Below, piece after piece: positions 28,505 to 36,301 of a stretch of DNA of 64,000 nucleotides. The translations under genes were made by a program, and so were the position numbers. Every line of letters begins with the position of its first letter. Position 1 is the first letter of the stretch. A model generated the notes under the pieces. It was not told where the DNA came from. It saw only the letters and a program-made list of their open reading frames with translations, and did no database searches. This DNA is from an uncultured virus (IMG/VR IMGVR_UViG_3300049982_000266) (Duplodnaviria; Heunggongvirae; Uroviricota; Caudoviricetes), in IMG/VR virus record IMGVR_UViG_3300049982_000266. One strand, 5' to 3'.

Positions 28505-28543
28505 GGCGGGCAGCCTCTCAGGCTGGACGGGCTTGCGTCGCGG

Positions 28544-28615
28544 TCAGTCCGAGCAGCCTCGGCACTCGGCCGTGACCGGGTTGATCGGGCAGTCACAGGA
28601 GGGGCACTTCTCCAC
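28544..28615 (-). CDS. 23-aa Cys-rich microprotein
   Basis: GAGGGGG-N8-GTG; MEKCPSCDCPINPVTAECRGCSD; fills the intergenic gap exactly. Confidence 0.5.
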   Translation of the reverse strand: MEKCPSCDCPINPVTAECRGCSD

Positions 28616-28620
28616 GTCGT

Positions 28621-28914
28621 TCACCCCCTCGTCGGGGTGCTGAAGACCGCGTCGGCCGGGACGTCGTCGTCGGTCTCCTCGACCGGGACGTCGCCACTCG
28701 TGCCGACGAGGCTGGTGAGGTTCTGGAGCGCGATGAGCACGCTGAGGTCGTCGTCGAGCACGAGCGCGCGGGCTCCGCTGGTCGGGGTGGCGGAGAACTC
28801 CTGCCCCTCGCGGGAGAGCAGCAGGTCGGCGATGCGGTCGCTGCCGCTGACGACGCCGTCGTCGATCGTGACGTCGAAGGGGACGCCCTCGTAGGTGCCT
28901 GTGGCGGTGAACAC
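28621..28914 (-). CDS. Small acidic protein, candidate immunity/inhibitor of the upstream metallopeptidase
   Basis: GTG 28914 after GGAAGGAAG. Directly downstream of the peptidase domain, with its own class-A promoter motif. Confidence 0.6.
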   Translation of the reverse strand: MFTATGTYEGVPFDVTIDDGVVSGSDRIADLLLSREGQEFSATPTSGARALVLDDDLSVLIALQNLTSLVGTSGDVPVEETDDDVPADAVFSTPTRG

Positions 28915-28980
28915 GTGATCTTCCTTCCGGTGGGTGTAGGTGGTGTACGTGACCACCGTACACGTCCTTAGCACGGAGCG

Positions 28981-31900
28981 CTACAGCAGGGCAAGCGTTC
29001 CGAGCATGAAGGCGCGGAAGTCCTCGTCCGCCTGACCCTTGTCGTCGTAGATGTACGGGCTGCCGCCGAAGATCGACTCGATCCCGGTCTGGAAGACCTC
29101 GAACGAGTCGCCCTGGTACTCCTTGCCGGTGTAGGGCTCCAGGAAGTCGTCGCGCCGGGACACCTCGCGGCCGAAGCGGGTGCTCCGGTAGCCGAGCGAC
29201 TGCTTCCGGTTCTTCTCGGCCGCACGGGTGCGCGCGCCGATCTCGGTGCCCTCGTCGGTCGTCCGGCTCCACAGGAAGGCGTCCTCGGCGGCGGCCAGCC
29301 CCGGCACGTGGCGCTCCATGTGGTGACCCAACTCGTGCAGGCTCACCCGGCCGTAGCGCCCCGCGCCCTCGACGCGCTCGGAGCCGTCGGGGCTCAGCGC
29401 GATCACCGACGAGCCGAACGAGTAGTAGCCGCGCTTGACCGTCTTGACGGTGAGCGGCTGCTTCGCCGCCTTCTCCAGCCAGTCGGTCGGGTAGTGCTGC
29501 TCGGCCCAGCGCAGCGCCTTGACGCTCTCGGCCCGCTCGCCCGGCTGGAGGAACCTCATGCTCTTCGCGCCGCGCGGGCCGACCTCGCGGAACTCGGCGA
29601 TGACGGCAGCCGTCGCCCGAGCCCGCGCCGTCGCCAGCGTGATCTTCTCGTCGCGCTGCGCGCGGTTCGCCTCGTCCCGCTTCGCCTGCGCCTCGCGCAG
29701 CCGGTCGAAGGCGGCCTTGACCGACGGGTCCGCCGACGCCTGGTCGCGGGCTTCGGCCAGCAGCCGCCGGGCGGCGTTCGCGTCGTCGGCGTCGCCGAAG
29801 CGGCCGTTGGCCCGCACGCCCTCGGCGGTCTGGAAGCGCCCGCTGCTCAGGCTCCGGACGGCCGCGTCCACGGCGTTCTCCAACGCCTGCTCGTGGGCGC
29901 GCCGCATCGTGTCGACGTCGTTCTGGAAGCGCTGCCGGTCCTCCTCGGTGGTGCGACCCGGCCGGGCGTCCCTCAGCGCCTTCAGGCGGGCCGCAGCGGC
30001 GTCGTGCTCGGTGAGCAGCGCGGCGTAGTCCGGCTCCTGCGAGACGTCGAAGGACGTCGAGCGGTAGGCGGCCATGAAGTCGCCGTCGGGCGTCTCGCCC
30101 CTGGTGCGCAGCCCGGACAGGTGGGCCATCGCGTCGTTGAAGGACGTGAACTGGCCGCCGGTCCGCTCGGAGATGAGCGCGTCCCGGCGGGCGTCGCCGA
30201 GCGCGGTGATGCGCTTGCTCAGGTCGTCGACCTCCTGACGGACCGCCTCGATCTCGTCGGCGGCCGGGCCGTCGATCTCGCGCCGGACCCGCAGGTCGAT
30301 CTCCTCGGCGATCTCGCGACCGGCCGAGCGCAGCACCTCCAACTGCGCCAGCGTCGCCTCGGTCGGCCCGCCGTCAGGAGCGGTCTCCCGGCGAGCCCGG
30401 CGCACGGTGGTGGTCTCCGGCGCCTCGCCGCGCTGAAGGGCGGCCAGGTCGAAGTCGGTCGCGTAGCCGGTGACCTCGACCTCGCCGGTGCCGAAGATGG
30501 CGGGCAGCGCGGCCTTGTAGTCGGCCAGGCGCTCGGTCAGCGGCCGGTCGTCGCGGGCCGGGGGCTCGCGCCGGGCGACGTCACCGATGACGCGCTCGCC
30601 GCTGAGCACCGGCGCGGTGCGGGCCAGCACCCGCATCTCCTCGGTGTAGTCGTTGACGACGCCGAGCCGACGGCGGGTGTCGATCTCCTCCTGCGAGCCC
30701 GCCTCCTCGATCCCGAAGGGGTTGACGCGGAAGGCGCCCTGGAGCCGCCGCAGGCGGTCGTTGAACGGCCCGCTCGCGTAGTCCATGTCGTCGATCCCGG
30801 ACTCGCGGATGCCCTGGAGCGCACGGTCGAAGGTGCGCTCGCCGATCTGCGTGAAGAGCCGCTGGAGGCTCGCCTTCATCTCGGCCTGCTGCTCGGGCGT
30901 CGCGCCGTTGCCGACCATCGCGCGCATCGCCTGGTTCGCGTCGGCGCCGGAGATGCCGAGCCCCTGACCGCGTGCGGCCATCGTCGTCAGGTAGACGCGC
31001 TCGCGGTCCAGGTAGGACTCCAGCGAGCCGGGGAAGTTCGAGTCCCGGCGCTCGCGCCAGTTCTCGATCTTGCGGTTGATCTGCGCGAGGACGGCGGCCT
31101 CGACCTTGTCGGCCTCGGACCGCAGCACGCTCCCGATCTCGCGGCTGCGGCGGTCCAGGATCGTCTCGCGCACGTAGTCCGCTCCGGCGTTGCCGGTGCG
31201 CTGGATCGCCTCGTCGCCGTAGAGGTCGTAGGTCGTGGTCGTGAAGCCGTTGAAGAGCCCCACCCGGACGCCGCTGACGGCCTCGCCGTCGTCGCCCTCG
31301 CCCTCGACGTCCTCGACGTACTCGACGATGCCGGAGACGTCGCGGCCGGTGACGGTGTTCGGGATCGAGATGCGGTCGCCCGCCTTGATCTCGCCGCGCC
31401 CGATGGTCTCGCGGGCCACCGGAGCCGGGGTCGGGATCGGCTTGTCCTCGGGCAGCGGCGGCAGGAACGTGACGGCCTCGCCCGCCTCGTAGTTGCCCTG
31501 CATCGGGCGGCCGAGGTGGGACTCGCCGGTGACCCGGTAGTGCGAGCCGCCGAGGATCGGGACGACCTCGGTGACGCGCATGATGTAGGGGTTGCCGGTG
31601 TCGCCGAAGGTGCCCGCGATGAGGTCGCCGACGCCGATCTCGGCGGCCGTGCCCTGGCGGGTCTGCTGCTCCTCCTCGGTCGGCTCAGGCACCTCCGGCC
31701 CGAACCGGCGGGTCAGCACGACGGCGCGGCCGAAGGGGAGGGTCTGCTCGTCGCGGTCGCCCAGCCCCGGCGTCGAGGTGAGCAGGATCATGTCGGGGTC
31801 CTCGGGGATCTCCCGCCTGCCGGTGATCGTGCGCGCGACGCCGTCGCCGAAGTCCACGACGTCGCCGACGGCCACGTCGAAGGCCGCGACCTTGCCGCTG

Positions 31901-34900
31901 TCCGGCACGCCCATGCCCTCGGCGGCCTCGACGTAGGTGCCGCCGAGCAGGCTGCGCTCGACGCGGCGGCCGTCGGCGTCCTGGATGACGAAGGTGCGGA
32001 TGGCCGTACGGCCCTCCTGCCGGATCGAGACGATCGTGCCCTCGATCTCGGGGTAGCCCTGCGTGGCCGGGATGCGGACCCGCGAGCCCGGCACGAGGCG
32101 GCGCACGAGGCTGGCCCCGGCGGGGCGCTTGCGGCCCCGGCCGCCGAGGTTGACGGCCGCCGAGGTGGAGGCGATCTCCAGGCTGCTCACGGCCGCCAGG
32201 AGCGCCGTGCGGCGCCGCTCAGGGGTGCCGTCGGCCTCGGCCAGCCCGCGCAACGCAGCGGCCAGCGCGGCGCTCTCGTCGGCGCTGAGGGGTTGCCGGG
32301 CGCGGATGCGCGCAGCGGCGGTGCGGACGGCCTCGGGCTGCGCCGGGTCGGTGTCCAGCGCGTAGCCGTTGATGATCCGGCGGCGCGAGGTCGGCAGGCT
32401 CGGGCGGCTCGTCGCCACGGTCCGGCGGTCGTGCGGCGCGGGCGGCGGGACCATGCTCGCGATCTCGGACGGCGTCAGCGTGCGGGCGATCTGGACGACC
32501 TCGGACGGGTCGCCGGTCTCGCTGTAGATGAGCCCGTCGTTGCGGCGCACCTCCAGGCTGCCGTCCTCGTTGATCGCGACGACCTCGCCCTCGCCGCTGC
32601 TGTCGACGAAGCGGTCGCCGACCAGGAGGTCGCCCCACGTGCTGTCCTCCAGCCGGACGGCCGGAGCCGGGGCGGGGACGGTGATCGGCGCGGGGTCGGG
32701 CTCGGGCGTCGGTGCGGGCGCCGGGTCGGCCACGGCGACCGGCCGGGGCGGCAACGCGGGCTCGTCAGTCAGGTCGTCGTCGAGCGAGGTCTGGCCGGGG
32801 ATCTCGGCGCCGGAGACGCGGTGCTCGGGCAGGATCGTCGCGCGCAGCGCCTCCAGCGCCTCACGCTCGGGCTGGTTGTCGGCCTCGCGCACGGCGGCGT
32901 CGAGCACGTCCTCCAGGTCGGCCGCGAGGGCGCCCGCGTTGACCGAGTCGCGGTCCTCGTTGATCTCGTCGGCGTAGACGCTGGCGGCGGTCCGGACGTC
33001 CTGGAGCACGCGGCTGTCGCCGTCGATCGCGTCGGCGGCCTCGGAGACGCGGTCGGCGGCGTCGGCGTCCGGCCGGGGCTCGGCGGTGCCGTCGTCCTGG
33101 AGCCCGCGCCGGTTGAACTCCTCCTGGTAGTCCTCGCGCTCGTCGTAGTCGCGCAGCCCGAGGGCGGCGTACTCGGCGCGCAGGGTCTCGACGCTGCGCT
33201 CGCGCAGGGCGGCCCGGCGACGGCGGCGCTCGCCGCGCGCCATGTCGAAGCCGCTGTCGTTGCCCGTGGCGGTCAGGGCGTCGATCACGCGGTCGAGGTC
33301 GTACTCGGCGTCGTCGTCGGTGGCCGCGAGCCGTGCGCGCAGCGCCTCGAAGTCGTCGTCGAGGTTGGCCCACGCCTGCTCGACGGGCTCGGCCGCCGCG
33401 TCGCGCTCGCGCTGGATCCGGGCGCGGACGTCGGGGTCCAGCCCGTCCTCGCCGGGCCGGGGCCGCTCGGGCAGCGACGTGCTCGTCAGGTCGGTCTCGA
33501 AGTCGGCGACGCGGTCGCCGAGGTCGGCGAAGTCGCCGCGCTGCGCCTCGGGGAGTGCAGCGACCAGGGACCGGATCGCCTCCGGGTTGGTCATCGTGTC
33601 GCGCCGGACGACGCCCTCGGCCTCGTCCTGGCGGCGGTTGCGCTCGGCCGAGATCGCCTCGCGCATGGCGATGAAGCGGTCACGGCCCTCGCGGTCGCCG
33701 CGCTTCAGGTCGCGGGCAGCGGCGATGATCGCCTCGTCGCGGGCGGTGAGGTCGTCGTCGGACAGGTCGCGCAGGTTGACCGGCGCGTCCAGGTCAACGG
33801 CGGGCTCGCCCGCCGGGGCCGGGCCGGTCAGGCGCCGGGCGACACCGGTCGGGCCGAAGAGGATTGCGCCCTCGGCGCCGCTGTCCTCGCGGCGTCCCTG
33901 AAAGCGGATCTCGGCGCGGCCGAACTGGTCGGTCCCGTCGGCCTCACGGGACAGGATGAGCACCGGCGACTGGCCCTCGCGGTACTCGATCCGGTCGCCG
34001 GGCTTCAGGTCCGCGACGGGGACGACCTCGAACGCCTCGCCGCCGTCCGTCATGCCGCGCGTCTCGCGCTGCTCGCCCGGCATCGGGGCGTCGTTCGGGC
34101 GGCTGAAGACCCGAGCGCGGGTGTAGCGGCTGCCGCCCTGGAGGCGCACGAACTCGGTGCGGCCCTCGGCGTTCACGATCTCGACGCGGCCGTCCATCGT
34201 GTAGCGGACGAAGCGGCCCCGGCTCTCCTGCGCGCGCAGGAGCGGACCCTGCCCGCCACCGGGCGTCATGCTGTCGGCCCGGTGCTCCGGCATCTGGATC
34301 ACGAGGTCGGCGCCGTCGGGCATCTCGGTCGCGGGCACGCCGAGCGTGTAGCCGTCGGACAGCAGCGGGGCGTCGGCCTCGGCCTGCGCGCGGGCGCGGG
34401 CGTCGCTCTGCGCCTGCTCGGCCTCCTGCTGCTGCGCCCACGTGCCGGTGTAGCCGCGCTCGGTGTCGAAGGCGGCGCGCTCGCGGATGAGGGCGGCCAG
34501 CAGGCGGCGGCCCTCGCCGTCGCGCCAGCCCTGGATCGTCGGCCCCATGTCGGCGGTGTCAGGGAACGCCTCGGCGCCCTCGGCCGAGCGCAGCGCGCCG
34601 AGCCGCTTGCCGAACTCGACGGCGTCGGCCTCGCTCTTCAGGTTCGCCGTCGGCAGGCTCATGCCGAGCCCGGTGCCGAGGTGGCGGACGCTGAAGCCCT
34701 CGCCCCGGCCGCCCTTGACGGCGAAGAGCGCGGTCCCGGCGATCGGCCGGACGTCGCGCTCGGCGCTCTCGCGCAGGGCGGTCGCGCTCTTCTCGCTGAC
34801 GCCCTCGGCCTCGGCCCGACGGAGCAGGTCGGCCTTCAGGTCGGCGATCCGCTGCGCCTTCGTCTTGCCCTTGCCGACCTCCTCCTCGGTGCGGTCGTCG

Positions 34901-36021
34901 GTCCCCTCGGGGTCGACCTCGACGACGCGGACCTCGTGGCCCTCGCCCCGGTAGTGGGCGTACTCGCCCTCGACGGCCTGCACGGCGAGTTCGCGGCGGC
35001 TGCTCCAGCGCAGCACGCTCCAGCCGCCCAGCCCCTCGCCCCGGCTGTAGCGCTCGGCGCGCTCGCGGCTCTTGCGGGCGCTCTCCCGCTCGGCCTCGGC
35101 GGTCTCGCGGGCGTCGGCCAGCAGGTACTCGCGGGTGTCGACGTAGACCCACGGGTTCGGGTCGGCGCGCTCCAGCAGGAAGCGGTTGTCCTCCTCGCTC
35201 GCCATCTCGTAGGCGAGCCCACGCCGCTCGGCGGTGTTCTTCAGCGTCTTCGTGCGCTCGCGGCCGTCGGGTCCGGCCGGGGCGTCCAGACGGGCGCGGA
35301 AGCGGAAGTAGGAGCCGCCGCGCAGCCCGCGCGACTGGTAGTTGACCTTGCTCCCCTGGAGCACCATCTCGGGCGAGGAGTAGCGGTCGTTCGTACCGGT
35401 CTTGCCGAACTTCGCGGCAGCGATCGCGGCCTCGACCTCGTCGGCGACGCGCTCGTGCTCGGCGGCGCGGCGCTGCTCGGCGGCGGCGCGGTCCTCGGGC
35501 TTGCCGGGGCCGACGGCGACGGCGTGCGAGTAGGCGCGGCTCTTGCTCTGCCGCTCCTCGAAGGTGCCGTCCGGCAGGGTGACACGAGTGAGCCGGGTGC
35601 CCTTCGCGGCGCGACGCGGCTTCGTGGTGGCGGCGCTGGTCGCGTCGTCGGGAGCGGCGGCGATCGGATCGTCGACCGGCAGATCCTCGCGCTCGTCGGT
35701 CTCGTCGACCTCGGCCTCGTCGGGCTGCTCCGGCAGGTCGGCGGGCGCGTCCTCGGGCTTGTCGGTCGGCTGCGCGCCATCGGGCCGCGCCTGCACCGTG
35801 AGGTAGTTGCGGTGGACGGAGATGACCTTGCCGTCGCTGCTGCGCTTGACGGCGATCCGGCCGCCGCCGAGGTTGCGCTCGACGGTGCCGGTCGTGCCCC
35901 CGGCCCCCCAGATCGAGACCGTGGCGCCCTTCTCGATGAAGCGCCCCTTGCGGTCGCGCGGGTGCAGGTTCTCGTCGAACTTCGGCCGCGCGGCCTTGTG
36001 CTCAGGGAGGGTCGCCGTCAT
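28981..36021 (-). CDS. Giant (about 2346 aa) HPRD-leader polyvalent protein with KOW/SH3-like repeats and C-terminal zincin metallopeptidase
   Basis: Leader 'FDENLHPRDRKGRFIE'; six 'L/I..GD.I/V' repeats; C-terminal 'SLHELGHHME...DDF.EPYTGKEY...EVF..G.E'. Start 36021 chosen from promoter spacing (track start 36030). Confidence 0.85.
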   Translation of the reverse strand: MTATLPEHKAARPKFDENLHPRDRKGRFIEKGATVSIWGAGGTTGTVERNLGGGRIAVKRSSDGKVISVHRNYLTVQARPDGAQPTDKPEDAPADLPEQPDEAEVDETDEREDLPVDDPIAAAPDDATSAATTKPRRAAKGTRLTRVTLPDGTFEERQSKSRAYSHAVAVGPGKPEDRAAAEQRRAAEHERVADEVEAAIAAAKFGKTGTNDRYSSPEMVLQGSKVNYQSRGLRGGSYFRFRARLDAPAGPDGRERTKTLKNTAERRGLAYEMASEEDNRFLLERADPNPWVYVDTREYLLADARETAEAERESARKSRERAERYSRGEGLGGWSVLRWSSRRELAVQAVEGEYAHYRGEGHEVRVVEVDPEGTDDRTEEEVGKGKTKAQRIADLKADLLRRAEAEGVSEKSATALRESAERDVRPIAGTALFAVKGGRGEGFSVRHLGTGLGMSLPTANLKSEADAVEFGKRLGALRSAEGAEAFPDTADMGPTIQGWRDGEGRRLLAALIRERAAFDTERGYTGTWAQQQEAEQAQSDARARAQAEADAPLLSDGYTLGVPATEMPDGADLVIQMPEHRADSMTPGGGQGPLLRAQESRGRFVRYTMDGRVEIVNAEGRTEFVRLQGGSRYTRARVFSRPNDAPMPGEQRETRGMTDGGEAFEVVPVADLKPGDRIEYREGQSPVLILSREADGTDQFGRAEIRFQGRREDSGAEGAILFGPTGVARRLTGPAPAGEPAVDLDAPVNLRDLSDDDLTARDEAIIAAARDLKRGDREGRDRFIAMREAISAERNRRQDEAEGVVRRDTMTNPEAIRSLVAALPEAQRGDFADLGDRVADFETDLTSTSLPERPRPGEDGLDPDVRARIQRERDAAAEPVEQAWANLDDDFEALRARLAATDDDAEYDLDRVIDALTATGNDSGFDMARGERRRRRAALRERSVETLRAEYAALGLRDYDEREDYQEEFNRRGLQDDGTAEPRPDADAADRVSEAADAIDGDSRVLQDVRTAASVYADEINEDRDSVNAGALAADLEDVLDAAVREADNQPEREALEALRATILPEHRVSGAEIPGQTSLDDDLTDEPALPPRPVAVADPAPAPTPEPDPAPITVPAPAPAVRLEDSTWGDLLVGDRFVDSSGEGEVVAINEDGSLEVRRNDGLIYSETGDPSEVVQIARTLTPSEIASMVPPPAPHDRRTVATSRPSLPTSRRRIINGYALDTDPAQPEAVRTAAARIRARQPLSADESAALAAALRGLAEADGTPERRRTALLAAVSSLEIASTSAAVNLGGRGRKRPAGASLVRRLVPGSRVRIPATQGYPEIEGTIVSIRQEGRTAIRTFVIQDADGRRVERSLLGGTYVEAAEGMGVPDSGKVAAFDVAVGDVVDFGDGVARTITGRREIPEDPDMILLTSTPGLGDRDEQTLPFGRAVVLTRRFGPEVPEPTEEEQQTRQGTAAEIGVGDLIAGTFGDTGNPYIMRVTEVVPILGGSHYRVTGESHLGRPMQGNYEAGEAVTFLPPLPEDKPIPTPAPVARETIGRGEIKAGDRISIPNTVTGRDVSGIVEYVEDVEGEGDDGEAVSGVRVGLFNGFTTTTYDLYGDEAIQRTGNAGADYVRETILDRRSREIGSVLRSEADKVEAAVLAQINRKIENWRERRDSNFPGSLESYLDRERVYLTTMAARGQGLGISGADANQAMRAMVGNGATPEQQAEMKASLQRLFTQIGERTFDRALQGIRESGIDDMDYASGPFNDRLRRLQGAFRVNPFGIEEAGSQEEIDTRRRLGVVNDYTEEMRVLARTAPVLSGERVIGDVARREPPARDDRPLTERLADYKAALPAIFGTGEVEVTGYATDFDLAALQRGEAPETTTVRRARRETAPDGGPTEATLAQLEVLRSAGREIAEEIDLRVRREIDGPAADEIEAVRQEVDDLSKRITALGDARRDALISERTGGQFTSFNDAMAHLSGLRTRGETPDGDFMAAYRSTSFDVSQEPDYAALLTEHDAAAARLKALRDARPGRTTEEDRQRFQNDVDTMRRAHEQALENAVDAAVRSLSSGRFQTAEGVRANGRFGDADDANAARRLLAEARDQASADPSVKAAFDRLREAQAKRDEANRAQRDEKITLATARARATAAVIAEFREVGPRGAKSMRFLQPGERAESVKALRWAEQHYPTDWLEKAAKQPLTVKTVKRGYYSFGSSVIALSPDGSERVEGAGRYGRVSLHELGHHMERHVPGLAAAEDAFLWSRTTDEGTEIGARTRAAEKNRKQSLGYRSTRFGREVSRRDDFLEPYTGKEYQGDSFEVFQTGIESIFGGSPYIYDDKGQADEDFRAFMLGTLALL

Positions 36022-36064
36022 GCCGGGCATCGTGCCGTGCGGGCTGCCCTAGCGTCGCCCCGGC

Positions 36065-36244
36065 TCACGCCGTCGTGACGTTGCCCTGACGGTCGACCTT
36101 CAGCCCGGCGGCCTCGGCCGCCTTGATGGCCGCCGCCTTGCTCTCGTGGAAGCGCACGTCGCGCATCGGCACGATCGAGTCGCCGAGGGTGAAGGCGTAC
36201 GCCGCGTTCGCGACGAGGTACCGGAGACGCATCCCGAGTGCCAC
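36065..36244 (-). CDS. Small hypothetical protein (59 aa)
   Basis: AGGGAG RBS and GTG 36244, strong GC3 bias (MALGMRLRYLVANAAYAFTLGDS...), preceded by a class-A motif. Below the track length cut-off. Confidence 0.6.
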   Translation of the reverse strand: MALGMRLRYLVANAAYAFTLGDSIVPMRDVRFHESKAAAIKAAEAAGLKVDRQGNVTTA

Positions 36245-36301
36245 TGGTGCTCCCTGCTAGATCCGGCTCGCTCGGCCGGGCTGAGAGCAGCGTACACCCG
36301 C

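Noticed and set aside
31230..34030. Intein/Hint domains suggested by 'ADLKPGD'-type motifs
   Set aside because: No N-terminal Cys/Ser block, TxxH or terminal HN motif was seen; better explained as KOW/SH3-like repeats.
29308..36078. Very long plus-strand ORFs (2256 aa here; also 2682-5654, 20014-22941, 22764-26081, 25985-28894, 36146-39094, 56887-59448)
   Set aside because: Antisense shadows of minus-strand genes caused by extreme GC3 bias. They have V/L/G/R-rich unstructured composition, no motifs and no RBS or promoter support.
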